Assembly: GCA_937858825.1 (NCBI GenBank)
Contig: CALMAI010000002.1
Coordinates: 2,759 to 66,758 of the forward strand
DNA: 64,000 bases
Reading direction: 5' to 3'
From: an uncultured Candidatus Peregrinibacteria bacterium
GTDB lineage: Bacteria > Patescibacteriota > Gracilibacteria > UBA1369
In this document: piece after piece, positions 45,895 through 54,221 of the stretch
How the letters are laid out: the number at the start of each line of letters is the position of its first letter
Numbering within the stretch: the stretch's first letter is position 1
The notes under the pieces: generated by a model
What the model was told of the DNA's origin: nothing
Database searches by the model: none
Seen by the model: the letters and a program-made list of their open reading frames with translations, nothing else
Program-made: the position numbers and the translations under genes

Positions 45895-46425
45895 ATGTTG
45901 AAGAAATTATCTGTTTTTGGAGCGTCACTTATGGTGATGGCTTTATTGGTGGGATGTGGCGAGACTACTCCGCCTTCTGGTACCAATACCGATGATCAGC
46001 GGTCTGGTGGTTTGACGGTTGAAACATTGCCGTTGGATGACGAGGTTATGGAGGATGATGATGCCATGATGGAAGATGACTCTATGATGGAGGATGACGC
46101 TATGGAAGAAGGGGATTCAATGGAAGAGGACGACGCGGCTATGGAGGAAGGGGTAAAGGAGTTTACCATCGACGCGGAGAACTTTAGTTTTTCTCCAAAC
46201 ACCATGACGGTTAATGAAGGTGATACTGTTCGTATTACTTTGAACAATCTTGGTGGAAGTCATGACTTTGTGATCGACGAGTTTGATGCCCAAACAGAGG
46301 TTATTAATACCGGTGAAACCGAAACTATTGAATTCGTAGCTGACAAAGCTGGAACTTTCGAATATTATTGTTCTGTTGGAAGTCACCGTGACATGGGTAT
46401 GGTTGGAACTCTGACTGTTCAATAG
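45895..46425 (+). CDS. lipoprotein cupredoxin (plastocyanin/amicyanin-like type 1 copper protein) with Met/Asp/Glu-rich linker
   Basis: Lipobox LLVGC. Cupredoxin ligand pattern: GGSHDF (His) ... YYCSVGSHRDMGM (Cys-x4-His-x3/4-Met). Linker: VMEDDDAMMEDDSMMEDDAMEEGDSMEEDDAAMEEG. Confidence 0.8.
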   Translation: MLKKLSVFGASLMVMALLVGCGETTPPSGTNTDDQRSGGLTVETLPLDDEVMEDDDAMMEDDSMMEDDAMEEGDSMEEDDAAMEEGVKEFTIDAENFSFSPNTMTVNEGDTVRITLNNLGGSHDFVIDEFDAQTEVINTGETETIEFVADKAGTFEYYCSVGSHRDMGMVGTLTVQ

Positions 46426-46434
46426 TTTTTCTTC

Positions 46435-47766
46435 ATGAATAAGACCAAAAAGCTGCTGTGGATAGGGTTTCTTGCTCTGCACCTTGCAATCATCGGTTTC
46501 TACTGGTGGCAGGGATCCGGCAGCCTTTTTGGTACGGATGGGAATAATGCAATGATCGCGTTGGGGCGGTTGGCTGGGCTTTTGGCCGGGTTGACCGTCC
46601 TTTTGCAGTTTTTGTTTATGGGAAGGATGCCTTGGCTGGAGCGGGTCTTTGGTTTGGATAAGCTGGCCAAGGTGCATAAGCTAAACGGGAAGTTGACGCT
46701 GCTTTTTATTTTGACGCATCCGCTTTTGTTGTCTCTGGGGTACGCGGGGGCGAGTGGGATTAATGTGGTGGATCAGTACATGAGTTTTGTGTTCGATTAT
46801 GAGCATGTGTGGATGGCGGCGATCGCGCTGTGGCTCTTTGTGTTTGTGGTGATCTCGTCGATTTACATTGTGCGGAGTAGGGTGAAGTTTGAGTCGTGGT
46901 ATTTTGTGCATTTGGCAGTGTATGTGGCGTTTTTTATGTCGTATTTTCACCAGGCCGAGGTGGGAACGGATCTGATTGTGAGTAAGGTGTTCGCGATATA
47001 CTGGATTGCGCTGTATGCCACAGTTTTTGGGATGCATGTGGTGTTCCGTTTTGGTGTGCCGCTCTATAATTTTTTCCGGCATGGATTTGTAGTGGATAAA
47101 GTGGTTCGTGAAACGGGCAGCGCGGTGTCTATCTACATAAAAGGAAAAGCCATGGATCGGTTTAAGGTTGATCCAGGGCAGTTTATGATTTTCCGATTTT
47201 TGGCGAAGGGGCTCTGGTGGCAGGCTCATCCGTTTTCACTTTCTATGGTGCCGGATGGCAGGCAGATTCGTATTACGGTGAAGGAGGTTGGCGATTTTAC
47301 TCAGATGTTGAAGGATTTGAAGCCGGGAACCAAGATTATGATTGAGGGACCATATGGTGTGTTTACCGACTTTTTTGGAATTGCCGATCGCGTGCTTCTG
47401 GTTGCCGGTGGTATTGGCATTACGCCGATCCGATCACTTTCTGAACAGCTGGCAAAGGCTGGGAAAAATGTTGAGGTCCTTTATGGAAACCGCACGCGTG
47501 AGGATATTGTTTTTTGGGAGGAGCTGAACGATCTGGCGGCGAGTATGGAGAATGTTCGACTCACGCATGTGATGAGCCAGGATGAGTCGTTTGAAGGAGA
47601 GCAGGGGAGGATTGATGCAGAAAAGATTGAGCGTCTGGTGCCGGATGTGGCGCAGCGCGAAGTGTATGTGTGCGGTCCGATTCCAATGATGGAGGCAGTG
47701 GTCCAGGCTGTGAAAAGCTTGGGTGTTGCTCCGGAGCGGGTGCACTATGAGAAATTTGAACTCTAG
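46435..47766 (+). CDS. NOX/FRE-family ferric-reductase-domain flavocytochrome (6-TM heme domain + FAD + NAD(P)H domains)
   Basis: Two His pairs in TM helices are spaced 14 and 13 residues apart (KVHKLNGKLTLLFILTH; VHLAVYVAFFMSYFH). FAD motif HPFSLS, NAD(P)H motif GGIGITP, C-terminal VCGP. Confidence 0.8.
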   Translation: MNKTKKLLWIGFLALHLAIIGFYWWQGSGSLFGTDGNNAMIALGRLAGLLAGLTVLLQFLFMGRMPWLERVFGLDKLAKVHKLNGKLTLLFILTHPLLLSLGYAGASGINVVDQYMSFVFDYEHVWMAAIALWLFVFVVISSIYIVRSRVKFESWYFVHLAVYVAFFMSYFHQAEVGTDLIVSKVFAIYWIALYATVFGMHVVFRFGVPLYNFFRHGFVVDKVVRETGSAVSIYIKGKAMDRFKVDPGQFMIFRFLAKGLWWQAHPFSLSMVPDGRQIRITVKEVGDFTQMLKDLKPGTKIMIEGPYGVFTDFFGIADRVLLVAGGIGITPIRSLSEQLAKAGKNVEVLYGNRTREDIVFWEELNDLAASMENVRLTHVMSQDESFEGEQGRIDAEKIERLVPDVAQREVYVCGPIPMMEAVVQAVKSLGVAPERVHYEKFEL

Positions 47767-47767
47767 T

Positions 47768-48304
47768 TTACGCCAACCATTTGTTCTTTTTGACCAGGTC
47801 GGTTTTGGCCCACCATTCGCCCAGACCGAAGGTTTTTCCCGCATCGCTGTAAGCAAGGGCGAGTGCGGCAAAGGCATATACAATGTGGTCATCGACGATT
47901 GGGTTGTTTTCAGGTGACAGTGTTGCCAGGTACAGGATTACCATCATGATTGCGGCAGACCATCCTCCAAGTTTCATGGCAATACCAAGAATCAAAGAAA
48001 CTCCAATTCCAAGCAGACCAAGCATGAATAGCCAGTCAACAATTGGGTTGCCGGCCATAGCCTGAAAGATTCCGGCAAATGGGCCTTGCGTTCCATGGGT
48101 TAAAAATCCTGTTGTTGGAGATCCTCCACTCAACCAGGCGTTTTGGCACAAGAGTTCTGTGACTCCGGTCTCAGTGTGACATGTGGCGAATCCTAATCCA
48201 AAAAGCTTATCTACGAAGGCCCACAGAAAAATCCATCCGAGTGAAATGCGAAGGAGTGCCAAGAGTTTGGCTGCTGGTTTTGGGGCTTTTTGAAAGAGTT
48301 TCAT
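47768..48304 (-). CDS. DoxX/DoxD-like membrane protein
   Basis: LLALLRISLGWIFLWAFVDKLFGLGF plus three further TM helices. Follows grpE on the same strand. Confidence 0.45.
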   Translation of the reverse strand: MKLFQKAPKPAAKLLALLRISLGWIFLWAFVDKLFGLGFATCHTETGVTELLCQNAWLSGGSPTTGFLTHGTQGPFAGIFQAMAGNPIVDWLFMLGLLGIGVSLILGIAMKLGGWSAAIMMVILYLATLSPENNPIVDDHIVYAFAALALAYSDAGKTFGLGEWWAKTDLVKKNKWLA

Positions 48305-48342
48305 GATGTGGAGGTTAGTTGCTAACCCCCATTGTACTCGTG

Positions 48343-48864
48343 TTATTGGCCGTTGCCAACTTTCACGCGAGCCGGCTTGATAACTTTGTCGCCGAGCATG
48401 TACCCTTTTTCCAGGACTTCAATGATCTGGCCGTCCGGGCCGGGTCCGGTGAGCAGTGCTTCGTGTTTTTCCGGATCGAACTCGCCGTCGGTGGCGATTG
48501 GGGTGAGCCCCATTTTTTCTGTGGTCTGGAGGAGGTGGGATAGTGTTTGTTCAACTCCTTTGGTCCACTCTTCGTCTTTTTGTTGGTGTTCCAGAGCACG
48601 GCTGGCGCTTTCCAAAATAGGCAGGAGCTCTTTGAAGAGGGCGGCGTTGGCCATGGTTACAAACTGGGATCGTTCTTCTTCTGTGCGGCGTTTAAAGTTT
48701 TGGAGATCGGCCAAAGCACGCTGGCTGATGACAGTCATCTCTTCCAGCTTTTGCCTGGTCTGTTCCAGCTCTTGCTGGATGGTGTCCAGATTTACGTCTT
48801 GTTGTACATCGTCTTGAGCTGATGTTTGATTGTCTTGAGGTGGGGTTGGGTTTTGATCGTTCAT
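48343..48864 (-). CDS. grpE: nucleotide exchange factor GrpE
   Basis: Coiled-coil N-terminus, then ALADLQNFKRR ... LLPILESASRAL ... GLTPIATDGEFDPEKHEAL ... VLEKGYMLGDKVIKPARVKV. Confidence 0.9.
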   Translation of the reverse strand: MNDQNPTPPQDNQTSAQDDVQQDVNLDTIQQELEQTRQKLEEMTVISQRALADLQNFKRRTEEERSQFVTMANAALFKELLPILESASRALEHQQKDEEWTKGVEQTLSHLLQTTEKMGLTPIATDGEFDPEKHEALLTGPGPDGQIIEVLEKGYMLGDKVIKPARVKVGNGQ

Positions 48865-49580
48865 TATTTTTCGATTAATTTTTTGACTTCTTCCATGATG
48901 GCACGGTTGAAAGGGTATTTCATTCGTGTTGGGCCAAGGATGCCAAAGTATCCCTGAAAGCCATCAATGTTATAGGTGGTGACCATAAGGCTGCATGATT
49001 GGATCTGTTCTAAAATGTTTTCTTTTCCAATGAAGATTTTGACTTTATCGCTAATGTCCAGGCCGGAAAGGAGTTGGACAAAGTTGTCGTTTTTTTCCAG
49101 GACTTCAATGACCTGGCTGGCGCGGATGGAGTCGGTGGCAAATTCCGGCTGGCGCAAAACGTTGGCGAGTCCAAGATAAAAAGTGCGTTTGTTGTCTGGG
49201 AGGGTGGCGAAGCTTACGTTTTCGGTGGCCCGGGTAATAAGTTCCACGGCATCGTAAATGCGGTTTTTGACTTTCTCGACTTTGTACTGCTCGGTGACTT
49301 GTTGCAAAACCTCTAGTGCCTGTTTGTGGGCCTGTTCGTAATCGGCCATTTCATCAATGTAGAGCCGGTATCCTTGATCCGTCGGGACCCGTCCGGCAGA
49401 TGTGTGCGGCTGATAAATGAATCCTTCTTTTTCAAGGGCGGCCATGTCATTGCGGATGGTTGCCGGGCTCACGCTGAATTTGTAGCTCACCAGAATGGTG
49501 TTGGAGCCAACCGGTTCAGCCGTGTTAATAAAGTGTTTTACAATGGCTGAAAGGACTTTTTTTTTGCGGTCTTGCGTCAT
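48864..49580 (-). CDS. hrcA: heat-inducible repressor HrcA (compact, 238 aa)
   Basis: N-terminal wHTH ([53 protein letters not shown]) and C-terminal [12 protein letters not shown]. Confidence 0.85.
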   Translation of the reverse strand: MTQDRKKKVLSAIVKHFINTAEPVGSNTILVSYKFSVSPATIRNDMAALEKEGFIYQPHTSAGRVPTDQGYRLYIDEMADYEQAHKQALEVLQQVTEQYKVEKVKNRIYDAVELITRATENVSFATLPDNKRTFYLGLANVLRQPEFATDSIRASQVIEVLEKNDNFVQLLSGLDISDKVKIFIGKENILEQIQSCSLMVTTYNIDGFQGYFGILGPTRMKYPFNRAIMEEVKKLIEK

Positions 49581-49589
49581 ATTGAGGTT

Positions 49590-49616
49590 TTAGCACTGGG
49601 CATTATAGGGTGCCAG
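49590..49616. promoter_or_regulatory. degenerate CIRCE-like operator upstream of hrcA
   Basis: TTAGCACTG-ggcattata-GGGTGCCAG. It matches the dnaK-side CIRCE at 22 of 27 positions, including the spacer ATTATA and the variant right arm GTGCCA. Begins 10 nt upstream of the hrcA start and overlaps the 3' end of the upstream ORF. Confidence 0.5.
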
Positions 49617-50106
49617 CTTCATTTTTACAATGTTGGTCTTGGATTCTCTGACGGACTTGTACGGTGAGGTCGGGATCGAGGTCCATGCCAAAATCCAGGC
49701 CGAATGTTTGGAGGAATCGGCGGAGGATGCGGACTCTTTTGGGTCCTATTCGTTCCAACTTGAATGCTTGGTTTTCAGAAATGCTCACCAGGTCAATGAT
49801 ATAAGAGATCCCATTTTTTCGAAGCTCTCTTCTTAAAGGGATGTTGTGTTTGTTGAGGTCCGGGTTATGAAGATGGTGAAATCTTTCCAGAAAATCATGG
49901 ATTCTCATACTTAAGAGGTTTGGAAGCTCTATGTTCGTTTTGGGTAAAACCTCGACCTGGAGTGTCTTCAATATTTGTGGCTCTGTTTTTTTGCGGATCG
50001 CCTGAAGTTCTTCCAGAATTTTTTGTTGCTCTTCGTTGTCTACAAAATCTGCCGCATCAACAATTTCTGCCGCGACAGCCTGGATGTCTTCCTTAAAATT
50101 TGCCAT
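49603..50106 (-). CDS. hypothetical protein (possible helix-hairpin-helix C-terminus)
   Basis: 167-aa ORF. ...ISENQAFKLERIGPKRVRILRRFLQTFGL faintly resembles an RpoA-CTD-like HhH motif. Weak. Confidence 0.4.
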   Translation of the reverse strand: MANFKEDIQAVAAEIVDAADFVDNEEQQKILEELQAIRKKTEPQILKTLQVEVLPKTNIELPNLLSMRIHDFLERFHHLHNPDLNKHNIPLRRELRKNGISYIIDLVSISENQAFKLERIGPKRVRILRRFLQTFGLDFGMDLDPDLTVQVRQRIQDQHCKNEAGTL

Positions 50107-50107
50107 G

Positions 50108-50470
50108 TTACGCGGCTTGTTGTTGATTGGCGGTTTCTTGCTGAGTTGTTTCTGGGGCTGGTTGTGATTCTGGTTCTGGCTTCGGGGCTGGTGTTGGAGC
50201 TGGAGAGAGGGGAGGGGATTCCAGGCTTTCTTTTGGAATTGATGGCTCCTGAGTCATGGATTTCACAACATTTTTTACAGGACTATCAGGAATAGCCCAA
50301 TCAAGAAGCTGTTTGGTTGTGTCAAAGCTCCAGCCAAAAACTTTTTTGATGCCGTCTTGTACCAAAGTCGTGATTTTTTTGATGTTGGCAGAGATAAACT
50401 CGAGGAGTCCGGACTTCTCTTGTTCTGCAACAATATTTTCGGTGTTGATGCTTGCGACTTCACTCATCAT
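50108..50470 (-). CDS. hypothetical protein with Pro-rich tail
   Basis: 120-aa ORF with a 1-nt gap to the downstream gene. C-terminal PAPTPAPKPEPESQPAPE low complexity. Confidence 0.4.
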   Translation of the reverse strand: MMSEVASINTENIVAEQEKSGLLEFISANIKKITTLVQDGIKKVFGWSFDTTKQLLDWAIPDSPVKNVVKSMTQEPSIPKESLESPPLSPAPTPAPKPEPESQPAPETTQQETANQQQAA

Positions 50471-50497
50471 ATTGATTTATGAGAGCCTATTCTGTGT

Positions 50498-51118
50498 CTA
50501 TTCGCTAGAGTTGTCAAGTTTTGAAGCAGGAGTTTTTGATTGTTCCTGTGTGTAGTGCCAGTATGCAACGTTTCCAGCCATTCCAATGGCCACACCGGCG
50601 AGCACAGACATAATGATAATTCTTGTATTTCTGCTGATTTTTTCAACTTTTGGGGTTGGATTTGGCTTTGGATCAATATTTTCTGGAGGCATTTGAGGAA
50701 TCAGGGCCGAGTCAATATGGACCATGGTATTCATGAGCTGCCGTCGAACAGGAACAGCAACAGCTTTGGGGGTTGGTTCCGGGTTCTGTTCTGGTTGAGG
50801 TGGTTGAATCGTTGTTGGAATAAAGGGCATGGTTTTTCCGCTTCGAATGAGGCTTGCTTCATCAGGTTCTGGCTTTGGCTTTTTTTCTCGAGTGATAGAT
50901 TTAAATGGCGGACGAACGCTTTCTGGAGTTGTTTTTTCGGATGTGAGAAAAGGGAAAGGCACAGTTTTTCGGGATCTTCTAGGTAGATCTGTCGCTTCTT
51001 TTTGCTCAACGGGTTCAAAAACCTGAGGGAGGGTGAGCCGTTGGCTTTCTGGTTGTGTTTCGGATTCTGGGTTGGATTTTGAGCGTGGACCAACCAGCGC
51101 GCTTAATTTCCGTCGCAT
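50498..51118 (-). CDS. hypothetical Pro-rich protein with C-terminal TM helix
   Basis: 206-aa ORF. Hydrophobic segment IIIMSVLAGVAIGMAGNVAYW near the C-terminus. Confidence 0.4.
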   Translation of the reverse strand: MRRKLSALVGPRSKSNPESETQPESQRLTLPQVFEPVEQKEATDLPRRSRKTVPFPFLTSEKTTPESVRPPFKSITREKKPKPEPDEASLIRSGKTMPFIPTTIQPPQPEQNPEPTPKAVAVPVRRQLMNTMVHIDSALIPQMPPENIDPKPNPTPKVEKISRNTRIIIMSVLAGVAIGMAGNVAYWHYTQEQSKTPASKLDNSSE

Positions 51119-51209
51119 AACAGTACGTTATAAATGGAGTTTACTGTACCTTAAAACGCGGTTGTCACCAACCTATTACGAAATTTGTCAAAATTTGGTC
51201 ACTGAATTG

Positions 51210-52223
51210 TTAGATCTTGGAAGCCACAAGCCGTGTCAGGTCGATCACGCGGCAGCTGTATCCCCACTCATTGTCGTACCAGGCGACAACCTTAACAAGA
51301 TTGTCGTCCATAACGAGGGTGGAGAGTCCATCAACAATAGCGGAGCGGTCGTCGCCTTTGTAATCCATAGAAACGAGCGGCTGATCGCTATAGCCAAGAA
51401 TCCCTTTTAAAGGTCCATCTGCAGCTTTTTTGAAAGCTTCGTTAACCTCTTCTGCGGTAACATTCTTTTTCAGGCGATAGGTGGCGTCCAGAATAGATAC
51501 GGTTGGGGTTGGAACACGGAAAGCCATCCCGTTGAGTTTGCCTTCCAGTTCGGGGATAACGAGCCCCACGGCTTTGGCGGCCCCGGTTGTGGTTGGGATG
51601 ATGTTTTGCGCTGCAGCCCGGGCCCGGCGCATATCCTTCTTGTGTGGAAGATCCAGGATGTTCTGGTCGTTGGTGTACGAGTGGACGGTGGTCATAAGGC
51701 CATCTTCGATTCCAAAGGTGTCGTTGAGGACTTTTGTGACTGGAGCCATGCAGTTGGTGGTGCATGAAGCGTTGGATGTTACGTCTTCGTTTGGGTCGTA
51801 CTGGTCGTCATTCACGCCCATAACAATGATCTGTTTTCCACCTTTGGTAACGGCGGTAACAATCACTTTTTTGACTCCATCGTGAAGGTGAAGCGAGGCG
51901 TCTTCGATTTTTGTGGAGACACCGGATGCTTCCCGAACGATATCAACTTTTTCTTCTCCCCAAGGGATTTTTGCTGGATCGCGTTCCTGGAAATAGCGGA
52001 TTTTTTTGTCATCCACACGGATATAATCGTCTCCAACCGGTTCAACGTCGGCTTCGAATGTTCCATAGCTGGAATCGTACTTTAAAAGGTGGGAAAGTTG
52101 TTTATTGTCGCTCAGGTTGTTGATAGCGACGATCTCGATATCATCGGTTCCAAGCTTGTAGGCTCGGCGAAACATAAGGCGCCCGATGCGCCCGAATCCA
52201 TTGATTGCTACGCGAACTGCCAT
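51210..52223 (-). CDS. gap: glyceraldehyde-3-phosphate dehydrogenase
   Basis: INGFGRIGR (NAD binding), SNASCTTNC (active-site Cys), WYDNEWGYS. Confidence 0.95.
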   Translation of the reverse strand: MAVRVAINGFGRIGRLMFRRAYKLGTDDIEIVAINNLSDNKQLSHLLKYDSSYGTFEADVEPVGDDYIRVDDKKIRYFQERDPAKIPWGEEKVDIVREASGVSTKIEDASLHLHDGVKKVIVTAVTKGGKQIIVMGVNDDQYDPNEDVTSNASCTTNCMAPVTKVLNDTFGIEDGLMTTVHSYTNDQNILDLPHKKDMRRARAAAQNIIPTTTGAAKAVGLVIPELEGKLNGMAFRVPTPTVSILDATYRLKKNVTAEEVNEAFKKAADGPLKGILGYSDQPLVSMDYKGDDRSAIVDGLSTLVMDDNLVKVVAWYDNEWGYSCRVIDLTRLVASKI

Positions 52224-52289
52224 ATTGAAGGTTGCTAGAGAATAGGTACACTATTAGTATAGCGTGGCGCTTAGTTCTAATAAAGAAAA

Positions 52290-52910
52290 ATGGAACAGAT
52301 CGATGTTGGCGACGGGCTGAGTCCCGATCAGGTAAGTATTATTGTGAATGCTCTTGAGGAGGGGAAGGTTGTGATGCATGCGACTGAAACCTGTTATGGT
52401 TTGACGGTTGATCCTTTTCAGGAGGAGGCGTTGGCGAGGCTTTATGCTTTGAAGGAGATGGATCTGGATAAACCGGTGAGCCTGATGGTGAGTTCTCTTG
52501 AGCAGGGGATGCAGTATGGTGAATTTAATGAGAAGGCGAGAGCTTTGGCGGAGCGATTCTGGCCGGGGCCTTTAACGTTGATTGTTCCAAGAAAGACATC
52601 ATTGCCAGACTTTTTGAATCGGGGAATAGATTCGGTGGGATTGCGATGTCCTGACCATACGGTGACGCAAACGTTTTTGAAGGTGATGGGGACGCCATTG
52701 GTGACTACCAGTGCCAATGTTTCGGGGAAACCTCAGGCTTATGCTCCTCATGAAACGACTTTGGAGCCGGATCTTTTGGTGAATAGTGGTCGGATTCGGG
52801 CTGAGCTGCCTTCTACGATAGTGAAGGTGGAGGGGGATGGGGTTGAAATTGTACGGGAAGGAGACAACATTTCTGAGGTGGAGATGTTTTTAGAACAGCT
52901 TGTGGACTAA
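52290..52910 (+). CDS. tsaC: L-threonylcarbamoyladenylate synthase (YrdC/TsaC type)
   Basis: ATETCYGL, KPVSLMV, FWPGPLTLIV, VGLRCPDH and TSANVSGKP are the YrdC-domain blocks. 206 aa, with no Sua5 C-terminal domain. Confidence 0.85.
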   Translation: MEQIDVGDGLSPDQVSIIVNALEEGKVVMHATETCYGLTVDPFQEEALARLYALKEMDLDKPVSLMVSSLEQGMQYGEFNEKARALAERFWPGPLTLIVPRKTSLPDFLNRGIDSVGLRCPDHTVTQTFLKVMGTPLVTTSANVSGKPQAYAPHETTLEPDLLVNSGRIRAELPSTIVKVEGDGVEIVREGDNISEVEMFLEQLVD

Positions 52911-53112
52911 TTTTTTAAGGTTTTGCTTATTTTTGTAGCCTTGCTGCCTTGCTATAAAGGGTTTTTCTGCTAAACGTATAAATTAGTTATGCAATATCAA
53001 ATCTTTTGAGCAACAGTTTCTTTCTTTGGGGTTATTTCTTTTTGATAAGGGCAAAACGGTTAATTTTTAATATTCTATGACTACAAAAATAGTACTCTTT
53101 TTGTGTGAATGT

Positions 53113-53154
53113 TTGACTTTCCCTCATGTAGAGCTTAATTTTAGGTGGTATAAC
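53113..53154 (+). promoter_or_regulatory. candidate sigma70-type promoter(s) for rsmH
   Basis: TTGACT (53113-53118), 17-nt spacer, TAATTT (53136-53141). An alternative extended -10, TGgTATAAC, is at 53146-53154. Confidence 0.3.
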
Positions 53155-53210
53155 GTATAAAAAACTTATACACATCGTGTGCACAAGTTTTGAACATTTT
53201 CGTCCGTTTT

Positions 53211-54212
53211 ATGCCAAAAAAAATATCAAAACCAAGGAAGAAAGTGCAAGCCTCAAAGCCTAAAGCTGTAAAAAAAGCTCCAGCGAAAAAGAAAGCTCCA
53301 GTTGAAAAGGAGGTAGAAAAAAAAGAGTACATTCATGAATCCGTTCTGCTTGAAGAGGTATGCGAGCTTTTGGAACTTTCCAAGAAGAAAAATGTGGTGG
53401 ATGCCACATTGGGAATGGGGGGACATGCAAAAGAGATGTTGAAGGCTTTGCCAAAGTCTGGAAAATTGATTGGGCTGGATGCTGATCCGGAACATTTGAA
53501 AGTTGCGAAGAAGAATTTACGGTCATATAAGGATAGAACCATTTTGGTGCATTCAAACTTTGGAGATATGGCTGAAGCTATTCGGGAGAATAGTCGTATT
53601 AAGTCGATTGATGCTGTTTTGTTTGATTTAGGAATTGCTTCTCCTCATGTGGATTTTGGGGAGAGAGGATTTTCTTTTATGCGAGAAGGGGATTTGGATA
53701 TGCGCTTTAATCCGGAGCAACAACTGACTGCTGCGGAGGTGGTGAATAAATATGGAGAAAAACGTCTTGCTGAGATTTTTAGGGATTTTGGAGAAGAGAA
53801 GCGGGCAAAGAAGATTGCTCAGGCTATTTGCAAGAACCGGAAGCGAAAACCTTTTAAGACAACAAAAGATTTGGCCGATTTTATTGAGAAGTTGTTGGGA
53901 CGAGGTGGAAAAATTCATCCGGCAACGCGTGTGTTTCAGGCTTTGCGGATTGAAGTGAACAAAGAGCTGGATGTTTTGGTGGAAGGTCTAAGACAGGCTG
54001 TAGAGCTGTTGAAAAAGAATGGTCGTGTGGCTGTGATTTCGTATCACTCACTGGAAGATCGGATTGTGAAGAACTTTTTTCGGGATTTGGCTCGGAATAA
54101 CGGGCAATCACTCAAGCTTATAACAAAAAAACCTATCGCTCCGTCTGAAGAAGAGATTCAGCGCAACCCACGGAGCCGTAGCGCGAAATTACGGGTTGCT
54201 GAAAAACTTTAA
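53211..54212 (+). CDS. rsmH: 16S rRNA (cytosine1402-N4)-methyltransferase RsmH with Lys-rich N-terminal extension
   Basis: HESVLLEEV, DATLGMGGH, DLGIASPHVD, ISYHSLEDRIVK and NPRSRSAKLRV are RsmH/MraW blocks. I prefer the ATG at 53211 over the TTG at 53190 listed in the track. The first ~38 aa are MPKKISKPRKKVQASKPKAVKKAPAKKKAPVEKEVEKK. Confidence 0.9.
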   Translation: MPKKISKPRKKVQASKPKAVKKAPAKKKAPVEKEVEKKEYIHESVLLEEVCELLELSKKKNVVDATLGMGGHAKEMLKALPKSGKLIGLDADPEHLKVAKKNLRSYKDRTILVHSNFGDMAEAIRENSRIKSIDAVLFDLGIASPHVDFGERGFSFMREGDLDMRFNPEQQLTAAEVVNKYGEKRLAEIFRDFGEEKRAKKIAQAICKNRKRKPFKTTKDLADFIEKLLGRGGKIHPATRVFQALRIEVNKELDVLVEGLRQAVELLKKNGRVAVISYHSLEDRIVKNFFRDLARNNGQSLKLITKKPIAPSEEEIQRNPRSRSAKLRVAEKL

Positions 54213-54221
54213 CTTTCCGAT

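Noticed and set aside
46117-47229. Two long minus-strand ORFs (186 and 182 aa) opposite the cupredoxin and NOX-like genes
   Set aside because: The plus-strand genes have complete ligand and cofactor motifs. The antisense translations are His/Arg/Pro/Lys-rich and motif-free.
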